The notes below the pieces were generated by a model. It did not search any database. It was not told the origin of the DNA and saw only the letters and a list, made by a program, of their open reading frames with translations. From Octopus vulgaris (taxonomy: Eukaryota), in assembly GCA_951406725.2 (NCBI GenBank), contig OX597826.1:52328001-52392000 (forward strand): a stretch of DNA of 64,000 bases. The letters run 5' to 3'. Made by a program: the position numbers and the translations under genes. Positions within the stretch are counted from its first letter, which is position 1, and every line of letters begins with the position of its first letter. Positions 29,395-43,254 of the stretch are shown here, piece after piece.

Positions 29395-30466
29395 AAGAAA
29401 GAGAGAGGGAGAGAGAGAGTAAAAGAAGAGGAAGGAAAGTGATAGAGACATAATTTTAGAGGTTTAGAGATGTATCTCTAAAAATATGTTGGAGAACTTG
29501 CACACCTAAAAAAAAAATAACAATCCAGGTGCACTTAGCCATTGGATAGAGAGCGATAAAATGAGTACAAAGTTAAGTACTGAATTAGGTGTAATCGAAC
29601 TAGTCGATATTGAAACTATAGGGTAAAATAGGGTGTAAGTCTAGCTAGTCACCACTGTTAGAGACAGGATCAATATTTATGATGAGAATTCCGTCAAGCT
29701 GCTCAGCTCCTCCACAATCATTTCGTGTATGTTTTTGAGTAAGATGAGCTCAACAAATGGTTAGTAAACAGTGTACGACGACCAAATCTATAGCAGCGCT
29801 ACTGTCAATGGATTAATGGACCACACAATAAATGATAACAACTGCACAGTAGGTATATTGAATTCTAGTATAGGTAGAAGGCCACACATTTTGCAGAAAG
29901 GCACATTCGAATGTTTCGAATATGCCTATTCCAGTAGTTAATTTGTACTTATTTTACCGACTTTGGAATGCTTGAAAGGCAAGGTTGGCCTTGGCGGGAT
30001 TCGAAATCAAAATATAAAAGAACATGGAGTTTAAAATATATGTATATATAAAATACTTTGTTGATTTGATTAATTCTGTATATGAAGACATAAAAAATCC
30101 AGTACAAAGTTTTGATGGTGCTTAAAACATCCACGAAATTTGAAAAACAGAAAATTCAGTAACTGAAGCATAGTGATTTTGATTTTTTTAAATGATCATG
30201 GCTTTATCTTTCTAAATTTACTCGACAAATTTGTCCATGCTACAAAAATAAATAAATGAATGAATAAATAAATAAATAATAATAATAATAAAAAAACAAA
30301 CTGCCCGTTCGAATATGTCGCGTTAGATAATTGAGCTAAAGGTTAGTTAATTATCCATACATCAAGCCAACAGTAACGGCCTGAAAAACTGTACGATACT
30401 TAACCGCCAATTTAACTCATTACCTGATTTGCCGGAGGGATATTATACATTGTTGCATTGAATTTT

Positions 30467-30475
30467 ACACACACA

Positions 30476-30542
<67 letters not shown>

Positions 30543-30565
30543 ACACACATGCACACATACACATG

Positions 30566-30604
<39 letters not shown>

Positions 30605-30699
30605 GAATGTGTGTGTGTGCGTGTGTGTATATACAGATATTACATATATATATGTACATATACGTATATGTATGTGTATGTATATATATATATATGTAT

Positions 30700-30756
<57 letters not shown>

Positions 30757-30904
30757 TATATGTATATATATTATGTACATCTATATAGACACACATATAT
30801 GCATCATACACACACACACATAAACACAGACACACAAACACACACACAGACACACAGACACACACATACACGTACACACACAAACATACACACACACACA
30901 TATA
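30467..30904. repeat. CA/TA/TG low-complexity field flanking the mariner
   Basis: Direct reading; similar tract at 32142-32290 on the other side. Confidence 0.93.
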
Positions 30905-30906
30905 GA

Positions 30907-32141
30907 CTAGTGGGTGCTGAAAAGTTCCTGACTTTGGATAAAAGAGGTTACAGGAGGGTCAGTTAATTATGATTTTATTCAACATATTCTTCTCAGATTC
31001 ACACACTGATTGCAGATGTCCTTGTGTTTTTCTAAGCCCTGTAAAATGAACTCAGAAGGTTGGACCTCCAACAAAGTCTCTGTAGCACTCCGAATCGGAT
31101 TGAAATTTCGCTCCCTTGAGATGTTCTATCAGTTGTGGAAAAAGGTGATAGTCGGAGGAGGCCAAGTCAGAAGAGTAAGGTGGGTCAGTCTACCATTTGA
31201 AGCGAAAGACATATTTTCCGCAGAGTTTAATGTGCTGCGTGTGTTGGTCAGCTTTCCACGGCGTTTCCGCTTTTGAGCTTCATGCAGTCCGTCCAGCAGA
31301 GACATGTAGTAATCAGTGTCAATGGTGCGACTCTTTGGCAGGTATTTTATGAGGACTACTCCGTTTTTATCCCAGAACACTGAAGCCAGAATCTTTTCAG
31401 CTGTCTTCTGGGCCCAAAACTTCTTGGGACGCGGTAGACCACTGTGTTGTCTCTCCATTGACTGCTGTTTGGTCTGGAGATCAAATGAATAAGCCACGTT
31501 TCATTCATGGTAATTAACGAGCCATACAATCAGCCTCTCCTGCTGCAAACCGGTCCAAAATCGCCTTTGATGTCGTCACTCTGACGTGCTTCTGATCTGC
31601 GTTCAAACATTTCGGCACCCATTTTGTGGAAAGCTTTCTCGTGTCCAGATTGTGAATTATGTGGCAAACTCTTTCATGTGAAATCCCCTGAGTCTCAGCT
31701 ATGACTTTTGGTGAAACTCGGCGGTCTTCGAGTATCATGACGTGCACAGCGTCGGCCTTGTCCTCTATGGTCGCGGAATTTGGCTGTCTTGATAAGGGTT
31801 CATCTGTGACCTGAAAATAACCAGCCCGAAACCTTAACACCCAGGATTTCACTGTGGAGTAAGATGGACCACCATTCTTCAAGACATCCTTCATCTCGTC
31901 ATGGATTTCCGCCGCTTTGTTTCGCATAAAGAGGAACTTCAGGATCGCTCTTGCATCAATTTTACCGAAATTCACTGTAGAAGCTACATTCATGCGTTAA
32001 ATCTGCAAAAGAGAGGATATATTGTATACCATCACGATCTTTTGAATATCGTCTAAACAGTTAGCCTACCTACCCTGAAAAGGTAACAGCTCTACCATTT
32101 CGCAATACCTTTAAAGTCAGGAATTTCTCACCACCCACTCG
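30907..32141 (-). mobile_element. mariner (DD34D-type) transposon, both TIRs, broken transposase
   Basis: TIRs ctagtgggtgctgaaaagttcctgacttt / aaagtcaggaatttctcaccacccactcg. ORF pieces 31514..31993 (HTH region, KWVPKCL) and 31129..31497; PPYSSDLASSDYHLFP in another frame; frameshifts and an internal deletion. Confidence 0.92.
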
Positions 32142-32153
32142 TGTGTATATATG

Positions 32154-32188
<35 letters not shown>

Positions 32189-32189
32189 G

Positions 32190-32259
<70 letters not shown>

Positions 32260-32599
32260 TGTGTGTGTGAGTGTGTGTGTTTGTGTGTGGATGGGTGTCT
32301 ATATATCTATAGACGGCTGTCTTCTATCTCCATACAATAATTCTGTCCTTTCCCGGAATGACTTGTTAAGTTTGAAGAAATTCTTGATTCTTGAGATTAT
32401 CTTCCATATTATATGGAGCTGGCTATCAATTGCCGTTTTACTAATTATAAAACACCCTTTAGACGAGGAGAGAACTGATAAATCTAGAACTTATGTTTTA
32501 TGATATTTGATATTTCTTTGTTTCTCAAGGATTTTCAAATACAAGGCACCGGCCATTTTGAGTTATATTTGTCTTACATCATTTTTGTTCATACACACA

Positions 32600-32646
<47 letters not shown>

Positions 32647-32862
32647 CGAAAGTAATATTTCCAAAAAGATTTCAAGGGATATATAATCATGGCGGTTTCT
32701 GTGTTAACTCCTAGATCTGTTCTCAATGCCGGCTAACCACAGCGAATTACAGTGATATTTGAGTTAGTGATTATTTACTAGACTCGGGTATTATCCTCGC
32801 TTGGTAAATCCGAATATCCTTTTAGGGATTGTATAGTTTCTGCAGAGAAAATAATGAAATTA

Positions 32863-33621
32863 ATGAAGATCAGAAGAATAGGAATTTGCACATCCATATT
32901 TTATTATACAGTAATTGATATCATTCTTCGCTTGGACCTGTGTCCGTTTCGGCTGCAACCGCTGCACATTGTTAAGTGTACACCTTGGTGTTAATTATCG
33001 GTGCAGCTCCTTCAGGGTCCGTTGTTTACTGTCGTTCGAAGATCATCTGGAGAAAACTATGAGACTGACTGAATATGAGTCGTTTAGGAGGTGTTGGAGT
33101 TACAATGAATAATTATATTTCCTCGTGACATGAAGATTACCCCGGCCAGTTAGGTATTTATTGCTGGGTTTGGCCTTAAAATAGGTCAACGTTCCTGTGG
33201 GTTCCTTAGTATTGTAGTCCAGCTTACCATTCTATTATATTAGAAAGTATTCGTATTTCTAATTTAGTAGAATGGTCAGATCACTAAAAAGTAGGTATAT
33301 TTTAAGACCAAACCCAGCAATAAATACCTAACAGGCCGAGGTAATCTTCATGACACGAGGAAATGCAACTATTCATAGTGATACCAACACCTCCTGAACG
33401 ACTCCTTATTCAGTCAGTCTCGTAGTTTTCTTCAGATGATCTTCGAACGACAGTAAACAACGGACCCAGAAGGAGCTGCACTGATAATTAACACCAAGAT
33501 GCACACTTGACAGTGTGCAGCAGTTGCAGCTAAAATGAGCGTTGGTCCAAGTGAAGAATGATGAAAATTACTGCATAGTAAATAATATGGATGTGCAAAT
33601 CTCCATTCTCCTGATATTCAT
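32863..33621. mobile_element. Diverged fold-back element, ~320-bp arms, each with a long-stem-II hammerhead-like fold
   Basis: 32863-33183 is the imperfect reverse complement of 33298-33621. Folds at 32934-33020(-) and 33462-33548(+): ggacc-CTGAAGG-agctgca...tgcagc-GAAAC..-ggtcc. Confidence 0.7.
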
Positions 33622-33629
33622 CACATATT

Positions 33630-33693
<64 letters not shown>

Positions 33694-33694
33694 G

Positions 33695-33749
<55 letters not shown>

Positions 33750-34532
33750 ATATGTATGTATGTATATATATATATATGTGTGTGTGTATGTATATGTTTG
33801 TATTTATGTATATGCATGTATTATATGTAAGAAATTGGAATGTAGATGATATCTGCTTACTGTATGATATATATATATTAGGACAGTATTATTAATTTTA
33901 TTTTATCTAGTTTCAGCTCACGAGCTGTGGCCATGCTGGGGCCATGCAGAATAATTGTGTTATATTCACAGGATGAAGGAAATGCACTTTGTGTGTGTAT
34001 GTGTCGCTTGGAAACAAGCGTAGAAGAAAATATAAATTGTTGATTAAATAATTTCACCACACTGGACACTTCTATTAATATTTTATGATCCTTGATGTTG
34101 TGAGAGATTTCAGTAAATGTGAAATCTCACCTTCCCCTTTCTGATACAAGGGGATTAGTAACCACAATGTAAGCATCGCATTATCATCTGCAAAGATAAA
34201 GACCGATCAAGAAGTTAAATATCACGAGATAACATACAGGTACACGTGCTTTCTGTCACACAGAACATATATGTGATGCACCACAACATTTGTTTAGTAG
34301 TTCTATATCCAGAGTTTCATATATCAAACAATAATTGTTGGAATAAGTGAGTGCTAATATAAGCATTTGAAGTGTGTGCATTTATACAAGAATATGAAAG
34401 CGATATTGCGTCTACTTATGAGATTTTTGTTTTCTGCTGAGAGATTTGATGGCAATTTCTTTTAATAACAAATTAATAGTTACAGTTAAAATCTTTTTTA
34501 AAAATACCATTGTTTTATTTCTTTTATTTTTT

Positions 34533-35435
34533 TTAAGTGGTCACTTCTTCGTTTATGATATCAATGTGTGCAAGCGGTTTTTTATCGTTTTTCGGAACAT
34601 GACGTTTTGTCGTGTCGCTAAGGTTTATTATCGTTTCCAAGCATCTGTTTGTAGGCATCGTCGTTTGATGTTGGCATTTCATGTGTGATAAATTCGCTTG
34701 CAAAGGTATCATTTCCGATATTTCGTCACTTCTTTTCGGATTAGAAAGATGACCATCGGTGAATGCCAACAAAGCACCCGTTGTAGGTTTCATCTGTAGG
34801 ATGTTCTGAGTTGCATGACAACAATTTTCATCCGGAAACGCGTTATTATAGTCATTCGATGCTGTCAAAGGCATGGTTTTATTTGTATGAAACGCAGTCA
34901 GGCAAGAAGCTGCTGATGGTGTGGCTCCAATCCCAAGCCCTGGTACCACCTCATTGAAACTATGTTCATTACAGTTAGAGATGTTTGCTAAACAGCAATG
35001 GTGTACTGCCTGGTTAAATTGTGGTATATTGTTTGTAGCTGTATTGAGCGAGCTTGTTGTCGGACCAACCATCGCACAATTACTCGAGTTAGCACCACCG
35101 CTGTTGTTATTTAGATACATGTTTGTGGTGATTGTATTCATTTTATTAAGTATTTTTTCTCGGCGATCTTTTTTTCTAAGGAGTGCCATTTCCTTAAGAT
35201 ATGTTCGTAGCTGATTATCTTGTTGATTTTTTCTGATATGTGAAGCAATCATTAACACAATAGAAAACCCGTATATAAATATAACAGCGACAACATAATA
35301 AAGGGAACCTATATTGTCAACGTCTTCTTGCATTGATAGGGTGTAGTTGAGCGTTGATTCTTCTGTGGCTACAGTCGATTGTTTCATCAGGGAACTGTTC
35401 AACGAAAGGTTAGCGCCAGTTAGCGGAATACCCAT
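34533..35435 (-). CDS. 300-aa single-pass membrane protein, KCNE/MinK-like topology, single coding exon
   Basis: Only long non-repetitive, uninterrupted ORF. ATG context acaatcATGG. No signal peptide; N-glycosylation sequons N9, N13, N30; one TM helix ~44-65 (SLYYVVAVIFIYGFSIVLMIAS) followed by HIRK and a basic stretch; long low-complexity tail. Polypyrimidine acceptor ttttcttttctttcttttccAG just upstream. Confidence 0.8.
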   Translation of the reverse strand: MGIPLTGANLSLNSSLMKQSTVATEESTLNYTLSMQEDVDNIGSLYYVVAVIFIYGFSIVLMIASHIRKNQQDNQLRTYLKEMALLRKKDRREKILNKMNTITTNMYLNNNSGGANSSNCAMVGPTTSSLNTATNNIPQFNQAVHHCCLANISNCNEHSFNEVVPGLGIGATPSAASCLTAFHTNKTMPLTASNDYNNAFPDENCCHATQNILQMKPTTGALLAFTDGHLSNPKRSDEISEMIPLQANLSHMKCQHQTTMPTNRCLETIINLSDTTKRHVPKNDKKPLAHIDIINEEVTT

Positions 35436-35512
35436 GATTGTCTTGTAGAAGATCTCACAATCTTTACTGCAAATTATTTGGTTACGTACAGCTGTTTAAT
35501 CCGACCAGTTGA

Positions 35513-35535
35513 CTGGAAAAGAAAGAAAAGAAAAT
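35513..35535 (-). promoter_or_regulatory. Splice acceptor of the coding exon (exon begins 35512)
   Basis: Minus strand reads ttttcttttctttcttttccag, 77 nt upstream of the ATG. Confidence 0.65.
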
Positions 35536-35636
35536 GTAAAAGATATGAAGTATCAATGAAATAAAATAAGACACGAATGAAATTAAGAACATTAGCAAGA
35601 TATATTTATTGAAATGGAGGAGGGCGTTGTGACTAT

Positions 35637-35867
35637 GGTAGCGAGCTGGCAGAAACGTTAGCACGCCGGGCGAAATGCTTAGCGGTATTTCGTCTGCGTT
35701 ACGTTGTGAGTTCAAATTCCGCCGAGGTCGACTTTGCCTTTCATCCTTTCGGGGTCGATAAATTAAGTACCAGTTACGCACTGGGGTCGATGTAATTGAC
35801 TTAATACCTATGTCTGTCTTTGTTTGTCCCCCTCTGTGTTTAGCCCCTTGTGGGTAATAAAGAAATA
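35637..35867 (+). mobile_element. SINE family A, in the intron upstream of the coding exon
   Basis: Close match to 12107-12332. Confidence 0.9.
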
Positions 35868-35879
35868 GGTATACTTGGA

Positions 35880-36180
35880 CTGGCTGAGCCCAGTTATTGA
35901 TAACATTCCGCTGAAATTATTGCAAGCAGTATGAAAATCATGTTGAGGGAAGATTGACATTGTGGAAAGATTTTGGAAACGAAGGACAGGACATGGTGCA
36001 GGTTTGGGGAGGATTGAATATCGATTACAAGAGGAGAGACGTCTGAGTCGGGAGAGCTTGTGTAAACGCAGCTCCAGGTCAATCAGCATCTCGAGCAGAG
36101 GACGATGTAGTAGAGTGATAAACGATAGTGAGATGATATAGGACGTCTGTGGTAAAGAGGCAGGAGAACGCATGTAAACA
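35880..36180 (-). mobile_element. Very degenerate LINE 3' fragment (Jockey/CR1-like)
   Basis: Weak peptide resemblance (RLRRLSS..YSILPKP..FP) to LINE C-termini. Confidence 0.3.
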
Positions 36181-36634
36181 ATTTCATTTCAGTCTGTCAG
36201 GTGGCTTTTCTTAGGATATGGTCTATATTAGTGTGTCTACAGCAGCCTTACCATCATGTGAAAGCAGCAGACATTTTGAGTTTTGTTCCTATGTGGCCTT
36301 AGTGATGACTAAACTATTGTCTGAATCTACATAAAAATATTGGTTCTTACTGTTCACCTTCTGCGCAGAAATGAAACTTTAAGCAACAATTTATAAAAAT
36401 TTAGATATAAATAATATTGTAATCGACAGTCATATTTATAGTTCTCAATTTCTCAGTTGTATGTTAATATATACAATTACGTAAGAAAATATTTATATAA
36501 AATCTTGAAAATTCTGATATTCTTCACAAAGGAGCAAAACAATTTCATCCTCTCCAAGTCCAAATCATTTACTGGAACAAAGAATATTTTCGAAACACTG
36601 CAAAGCTACTCTATTGAGTTATCTAGACTCAAGG

Positions 36635-37114
<480 letters not shown>

Positions 37115-37279
37115 ACCTGTTTTGCCTGTCCCTTTTTCTTATATACAATATATATACTGAACTTTACAGAAGTTCCTGCCGGTAATCGGCTATATTTACA
37201 TACCGAATTCTACCAGTAAATAATTGAGGTTTTTTTAAAAGCCTTTATAGAAATTATTTACTCTTATCATTATATATCT

Positions 37280-37376
<97 letters not shown>

Positions 37377-37387
37377 CATATATACAT

Positions 37388-37447
<60 letters not shown>

Positions 37448-37470
<23 letters not shown>

Positions 37471-37655
37471 ATCGTTAGCCACTACACGCATTTTTTCTCT
37501 CCTTGTTTCTATCTTTGTTTTTTCTGTGTCCCTTTCTGTAGAAGAGCATAGGCTCAAAACGTAAAAGACTTTTTCTATTCCTGAGCGTTATACTAATACA
37601 TCTGTTTGTCTTGTACATCACCTGTCTTCGTCTTTTTTTTCGTAAACTCTCCCTC
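37448..37655 (+). mobile_element. Diverged copy of the 25229 hammerhead-bearing family
   Basis: Alignable by eye; core reads CTGTAGA...gctcAAAACGTA (G12 mutated), 37531-37568. Confidence 0.6.
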
Positions 37656-37779
37656 TCTCATACACACACACACACACACACCCTTATGTTGGAGTAGGTC
37701 ATTCAACCCTATTATCTCCCCTAATTTCGCTCTCGCGTCTCATGTTTGATCTTTGACTTCTGGCCGAAATCAGATCGCC

Positions 37780-37984
37780 ATGTTGATTCGTTAGTTACTG
37801 CACGCATATTTTTTTCTCTCCTTCTTTCTGTGTTTTTTTTCTCTGTGTATCTTTCTGTTGAAGAGCGTAGGCTCGAAACGTTAAAGACTTGTTTTATTTA
37901 TATTTCCTGAGCGCCATACTAATACAATTGTTTGTTTGTTTTCCACCTGCCTTCGTCTTTTGTCTATTTTCATAAAGCTTCCCT
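37780..37984 (+). mobile_element. Copy of the 25229 hammerhead-bearing family (fold 37850-37887)
   Basis: tctttCTGTTGAagagcgtaggctcGAAACGTTaaaga; very similar to 25229-25435; ends in (TA)n. Confidence 0.65.
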
Positions 37985-38008
37985 ATATATATATATACAT
38001 CACGGTTC

Positions 38009-38660
38009 AAGAGGGTGGGGAAATATGTTTCGTCAAGGGAGAGAAAAAGTACATATGCATGAAGAAAGCGAGAAAGAATGGGGAAGAATCGTGATATATA
38101 TATATTTCCCCCCCTCTTCCCTTCACCTTATTTTTTTAAATTCTACTCCCCTGTGGTTCGAGCAAAACAGCCCTTTTGAATACTACCGGTCAAATGACCG
38201 TGCCTAATTTCCTCATTCTTGCTTGCTTTCTTCATGCACCCTTTTTGATCCCCCTTGATCAAAAATATTACCCCACCCTCTTCCCTCAACATTATATTTT
38301 TTCAAATATCACTCCCCTTTCTAATTTCTATGATTCAGCCAAAACAGCCCTATTGAATACTTCCGGTGAGATTACTTTGCTTAAATTCCCCATTCCTCTC
38401 AATCCCTTCTATTTTCTTCCGTTTTCCTTCTTTTAATCCTTGTTTCTCTCTACTTTTATTTTATTCTCTCCTACTGTGCTCTCTACACCTTCTGACTGAA
38501 TCTTCCATGCGTTAACATGTACCTCCTTGCGACAATGTAAACTTTCATTTCATCAAGATATCCTTGGCATGAAGAGTAGCCTGCGATATACACCCACATC
38601 TGAAGTTCCGCTCGCTATGAAACATAAATAGCCCGGATCTTATCTACTACATTCTACAAC
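38009..38660. mobile_element. Degenerate tandem-plus-inverted repeat, Penelope-like arrangement
   Basis: 38009-38084 inverted at 38211-38282; diverged direct repeat 38108-38191 / 38272-38368; degenerate hammerhead-like fold at 38566-38633. Confidence 0.4.
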
Positions 38661-38699
38661 ACTTGTATATATATATATATGTGTGTATGTGAAGTAAAT

Positions 38700-38844
38700 G
38701 TAGGGATAAACATGTTAGACAGATCAATATATAAAGTATATTAAATACATAGAATACAAAAAATGTATATATGTATATGTATTCAATATGTATTCATATA
38801 TTTAATATACACATTACATGTTGATCTAACTTGCTTATCCCTAC
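38700..38844. repeat. Imperfect AT-rich palindrome
   Basis: gtagggataaacatgttaga... / ...tctaacttgcttatccctac. Confidence 0.6.
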
Positions 38845-38982
38845 TTTAAGTTCTATACCCGCTCAAGTTTAAATCTCTTTAGCATTACTAAGTGTATTCT
38901 ATACGGAGAATATCTGATTCTCATATATGAACTATATATATGCACACACACCTTCATAAATGAGCATACAATATACATATGT

Positions 38983-39275
38983 TTTTTGTTGTTTGTTCCT
39001 TCTCGAGCCACGCCTAGCTCATAAAGGCCGGTTTCCCGGTTTCCTTGGCGTATAGGTTCCCCACCTGGACGGGACGCCGGTCCGTCGCAGGTGAGCTGCA
39101 AGATGCAGAGAAAAGAGTGAGAGAAAGTTGTAGCGAAAGAGTCAGCAGAAGTTGGCCATTACCTTCTGCCGGAGCCGCGTGGAGCATAGGTGTTTCGCTC
39201 ATAAACACACACATCAACCGGTCTGATATTCGAACCCGCGAGCCCGCTGCTCTAACCAATAGGCCATGTGTCTCC
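38983..39275 (-). mobile_element. tRNA-derived SINE (family C)
   Basis: Reverse-complement relative of 6902-7215; ~15-bp TSD acaatataca(t/c)atgt. Confidence 0.9.
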
Positions 39276-41883
39276 ACAATATACACATGTATACATGCAT
39301 AAAAAATATTAATCACAATCGTGCACTGAAGAGACATGCATTCTTTACGCGTGTGTGAGTACTTTGACATATGCACCCACGTATATGCACATAGAGTTAC
39401 ATTCATATAAGCACATATTCAGAGATCGCGGGAATTGTTTTGACACACAAGAAAAAGCGTTATCACTTTGTTAATGATAGGCTTGAATTCTCCAAAGAAT
39501 TGATTTATTAAAGCAAACTTCCATACGTTACGTATTAATGTTATAACTCTATTATTTTCTTTCCAAATTCAACTCAAAATAGTCTCAATAAAATTTGAGC
39601 AGTTGAAAAGATTTTGATACTTATATAATGCTACAACAATAAGGTTGACCTTTAACATTTACAGATCAAAGGAGAAAGTCATCTCGCACTCTACGACCGT
39701 TGAATGCTTAATCTTGGAAAATGTATTTTAGAACCTTAGTCAGAAAAAATCGTGCTTTCACGCGGAATAATTTTGTATGACACGAGGAGGACGAAAGGGA
39801 AAAAAATTGTCGGTAAGAGCAATGACCTCTGAGAAGGTGCAGGTTGTGGGAAAGAAAGAATTCAGTAAAATGTTTGAGTGCATGGTTAGTGCTGCTGCTG
39901 CTACTATTGTTGTTGCTGTTGCAGTTGTTGTTACTTCTGCTGCTTTGCAGTTGATGTTAGCACCGGGTCAGCCTTCCTGACTCCAACAGCTCTTTCATAA
40001 AATACATTCCAGCTGTGATCATCATCTTTGTCTTTTTCAGAAAATCTACAACATCTAATGTATCTTTTTCTTTTTCTTTTTCTTTTCAGGCTATCGGATG
40101 TGACTTAAGGGAAATTTAGTTGTTATTTCTAGCTGGTCGAACAATGACATAGTGCCTCATTCCTTCGCTCCATTTTGCGCAACATTTAATTGTTGAGGTG
40201 ATTATAGCTGAAATGTCGAGAAGAATGGTATAAGATTGATGTAGGCTCGGAACTTGTTACTTTAGACACACCGCCTATAGTCACGATTGCCACAAGGCCA
40301 CATAATTATAAATTATTTACAGCCAGGGAATTATAATTGTTGTAGTTGAGGATTAAATCGATTGAATAAATTCCTGGTCATTATTTTGCTGATAACGCAA
40401 AGACTAAAAGCAAAGTTAGCTCCAGTGAGTTGGATGGTTGAAAATTCTTTACCAGCCAACAACCAAGCCTCTACATGGTCGATCAGTGAGTAAGAAATAG
40501 CAGCCAAATTTCCTTCAAATCACATCGTACCGTCTTAGGATCTCCCTCCCCGCCACAAAACACAGAGCAAATGACACTAGATATTGTAGTTTCAAATACT
40601 ATAATTAAAACAGAATGGCTATGGCTAGAGTGCCTCTGATCAAGTCTGCTTGATCAAAGTTGACTTGAGGCTAAATAATAACATAGGCTAACTACCCCAA
40701 AACACTTACTCCGGTAATCTACCGCTTATTTCACTATACTTCTGTTAGATACTGTAAATATTTATTTCCTATTTAAAAAAAGAAAAAAGTACAGCAATAT
40801 TACTGATTTATAGATTTGTTAAGATGCTGTCACGTTCATATAGCTTTTGGTTTTATAAAAGTTTGAGTGCTTCTAAGCATTGGGAAGCTCCCGCAAAGCC
40901 GAAACTGGAAGCGGAGTCATTTAATAGCACTTACACCTAGTGCCTTCAGTTTTGTCCCTTAGTTAAAAATCCTGTCACACCACGCTTGATAAATTATCTG
41001 AAGATGATGTGTTTGCTAGTGCTGTATTAATACAATAATGGCTCAAGGAGTTTCCATTTTGCTTACGAGCAAAATGATCGTTGATTGTGGACTGTCATCA
41101 GCAATGCATAGGCTTTAACCAACAGGTGTAGCAGCCCTATTTGCTTAGTTTTAAACTGGTTCGTTGTACGTAACAAAAACTCTGTACAATTTAAAAATTG
41201 TTCTTTAGGAGCACAGGCACGACTGTGTATTTAAGAAATTTGCCTTGTAGTAATGTCAATCCAGATTCAATCCTATATGGCGACACCTTGGACAAGAATC
41301 TCCTGTCATAGATCCAAACTTTGTGAATGAAACTAGAGAGGCAGAAACTGTAGAAAAGCCCATCAGTAGAGTATTACATGTTCATAAACTTAGTCTAGCG
41401 CCCAAAATTTGTCACCATCGATTTCTTCAACATATATTTTAGAGTTCAAACATTCCTGCCAGGTCTCATATCGAAGGCTAATCTGTGGGTTTGGGCTTTC
41501 TTCCACATTTTAAGAGATCATTCAATTTCTATTGTTAGAACGATGGGGATTGCCACACGATACACTAAAAAAAGAATTCATTGGTGGTGGCCCCAAAATA
41601 CATAGATTAATTATATATGAATGTGTGCATGTAAATTTCTTTGTATATGCACGTGTTTGTGAGCTTTGGCGCATCAGTCTGCGATTAAATTCATGCGGGT
41701 ATTGATATTTGAATTTGTATCGTGGTTTGTATTGTATAGTATTGATATATTTCGGTTTGTGTAAGTACATACGAGTCAGTATTTACGTATTTAAATAAGC
41801 GTGTTTGTGTAAATGTCAGTCAATGCCTGCGTTGTGTAAATACCAGCATAGGTTTATATAAAGATTAGTTCATTTGTATTATG

Positions 41884-41936
<53 letters not shown>

Positions 41937-42091
41937 CGTGCGCCCGCATGTGCTTAAAAAGAATTCGATGTCAATACTTCAATATTGTTCCATTGAAAAT
42001 AATTATAAACATGTGGTTAAACTATAGGTTATTATTTAGACAGAATTTAATACAAGATAAATAAAGATATGCGCAATAACAAGCAAACTAT

Positions 42092-42154
42092 GAATATATA
42101 TGTGTGTATGTATATATACATATATATATATATACGCATATATATATTTATATA

Positions 42155-42206
<52 letters not shown>

Positions 42207-42271
42207 TACATATATATACATATATATATAAAGTATAGAAGCCATCTTATTTCGAGCGTATCACTCAGGCT

Positions 42272-42313
<42 letters not shown>

Positions 42314-42354
42314 CATATATATATACATATGTATATATATATATTTATATATAT

Positions 42355-42443
<89 letters not shown>
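42092..42443. repeat. (TA)n/(GA)n microsatellite field with a ~45-bp unique island
   Basis: Direct reading. Confidence 0.93.
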
Positions 42444-43254
42444 TGTTCAGCGACTAACAGCTAACACCTGCAAGCAAATTGAAACCACCGTCGATATAAT
42501 AATAATCAACTTTGCACAAAGCAGCAAAACCATAGTGACTGTGCAATGCATTAGAAATGTGCATTCAAAATGTGCATTGAATAATATGCATTAGGAAAGG
42601 AATCAGAAAAGCATGTAAAATAGAAAAAGCGACTAATTATTGAACCGTAAGCATACTGTTGAAGAGCTCAACACCTTAACATTTTCTTTTGATTTGAAAT
42701 CCATTCATCCTGAATTTCCTTTGCTCTTTAACATCTGTCAAAACCTTTCTTGCTGTTTACTGTTTAATATTACCCTTTTTTTTTATTTCCTTCTCTTCGA
42801 GTATTTTAATATTTAACGTTTCTAAATTTTAGCCTTCTGGACATTGTGTCTGAATTTGGGATATTATCGGGGAGTTAACAGAAAAAATAAAAACGATTTA
42901 CTTGCCAAAAACATGTACAGAGCTAGTAGGATAAGCATAGTCAGTTACTGCCAGTAGTAATGGTATGTTTTGGAAGTGATCAAAGAGTATCATTTAATAG
43001 CATATTTATCCTATCACTTGTTATCTAAACTCTTGAGTATTTAGCCTAAAGAATATGGGATAAGTGTTTTCGCATATAACTTTCGCTCTTGTAGATCCAA
43101 GTCGCCCATTCCGTTTCCCGTAAATAATCAACGCAATGTAAAATAGGATTCCTATTCTCATAGCCACTGGGATCGTTCAACTTATACAACACATATACAT
43201 ATATATAGAAGCCAGCTGATGATTGATTGAAGAACCACACAATATTGTTTTGGT

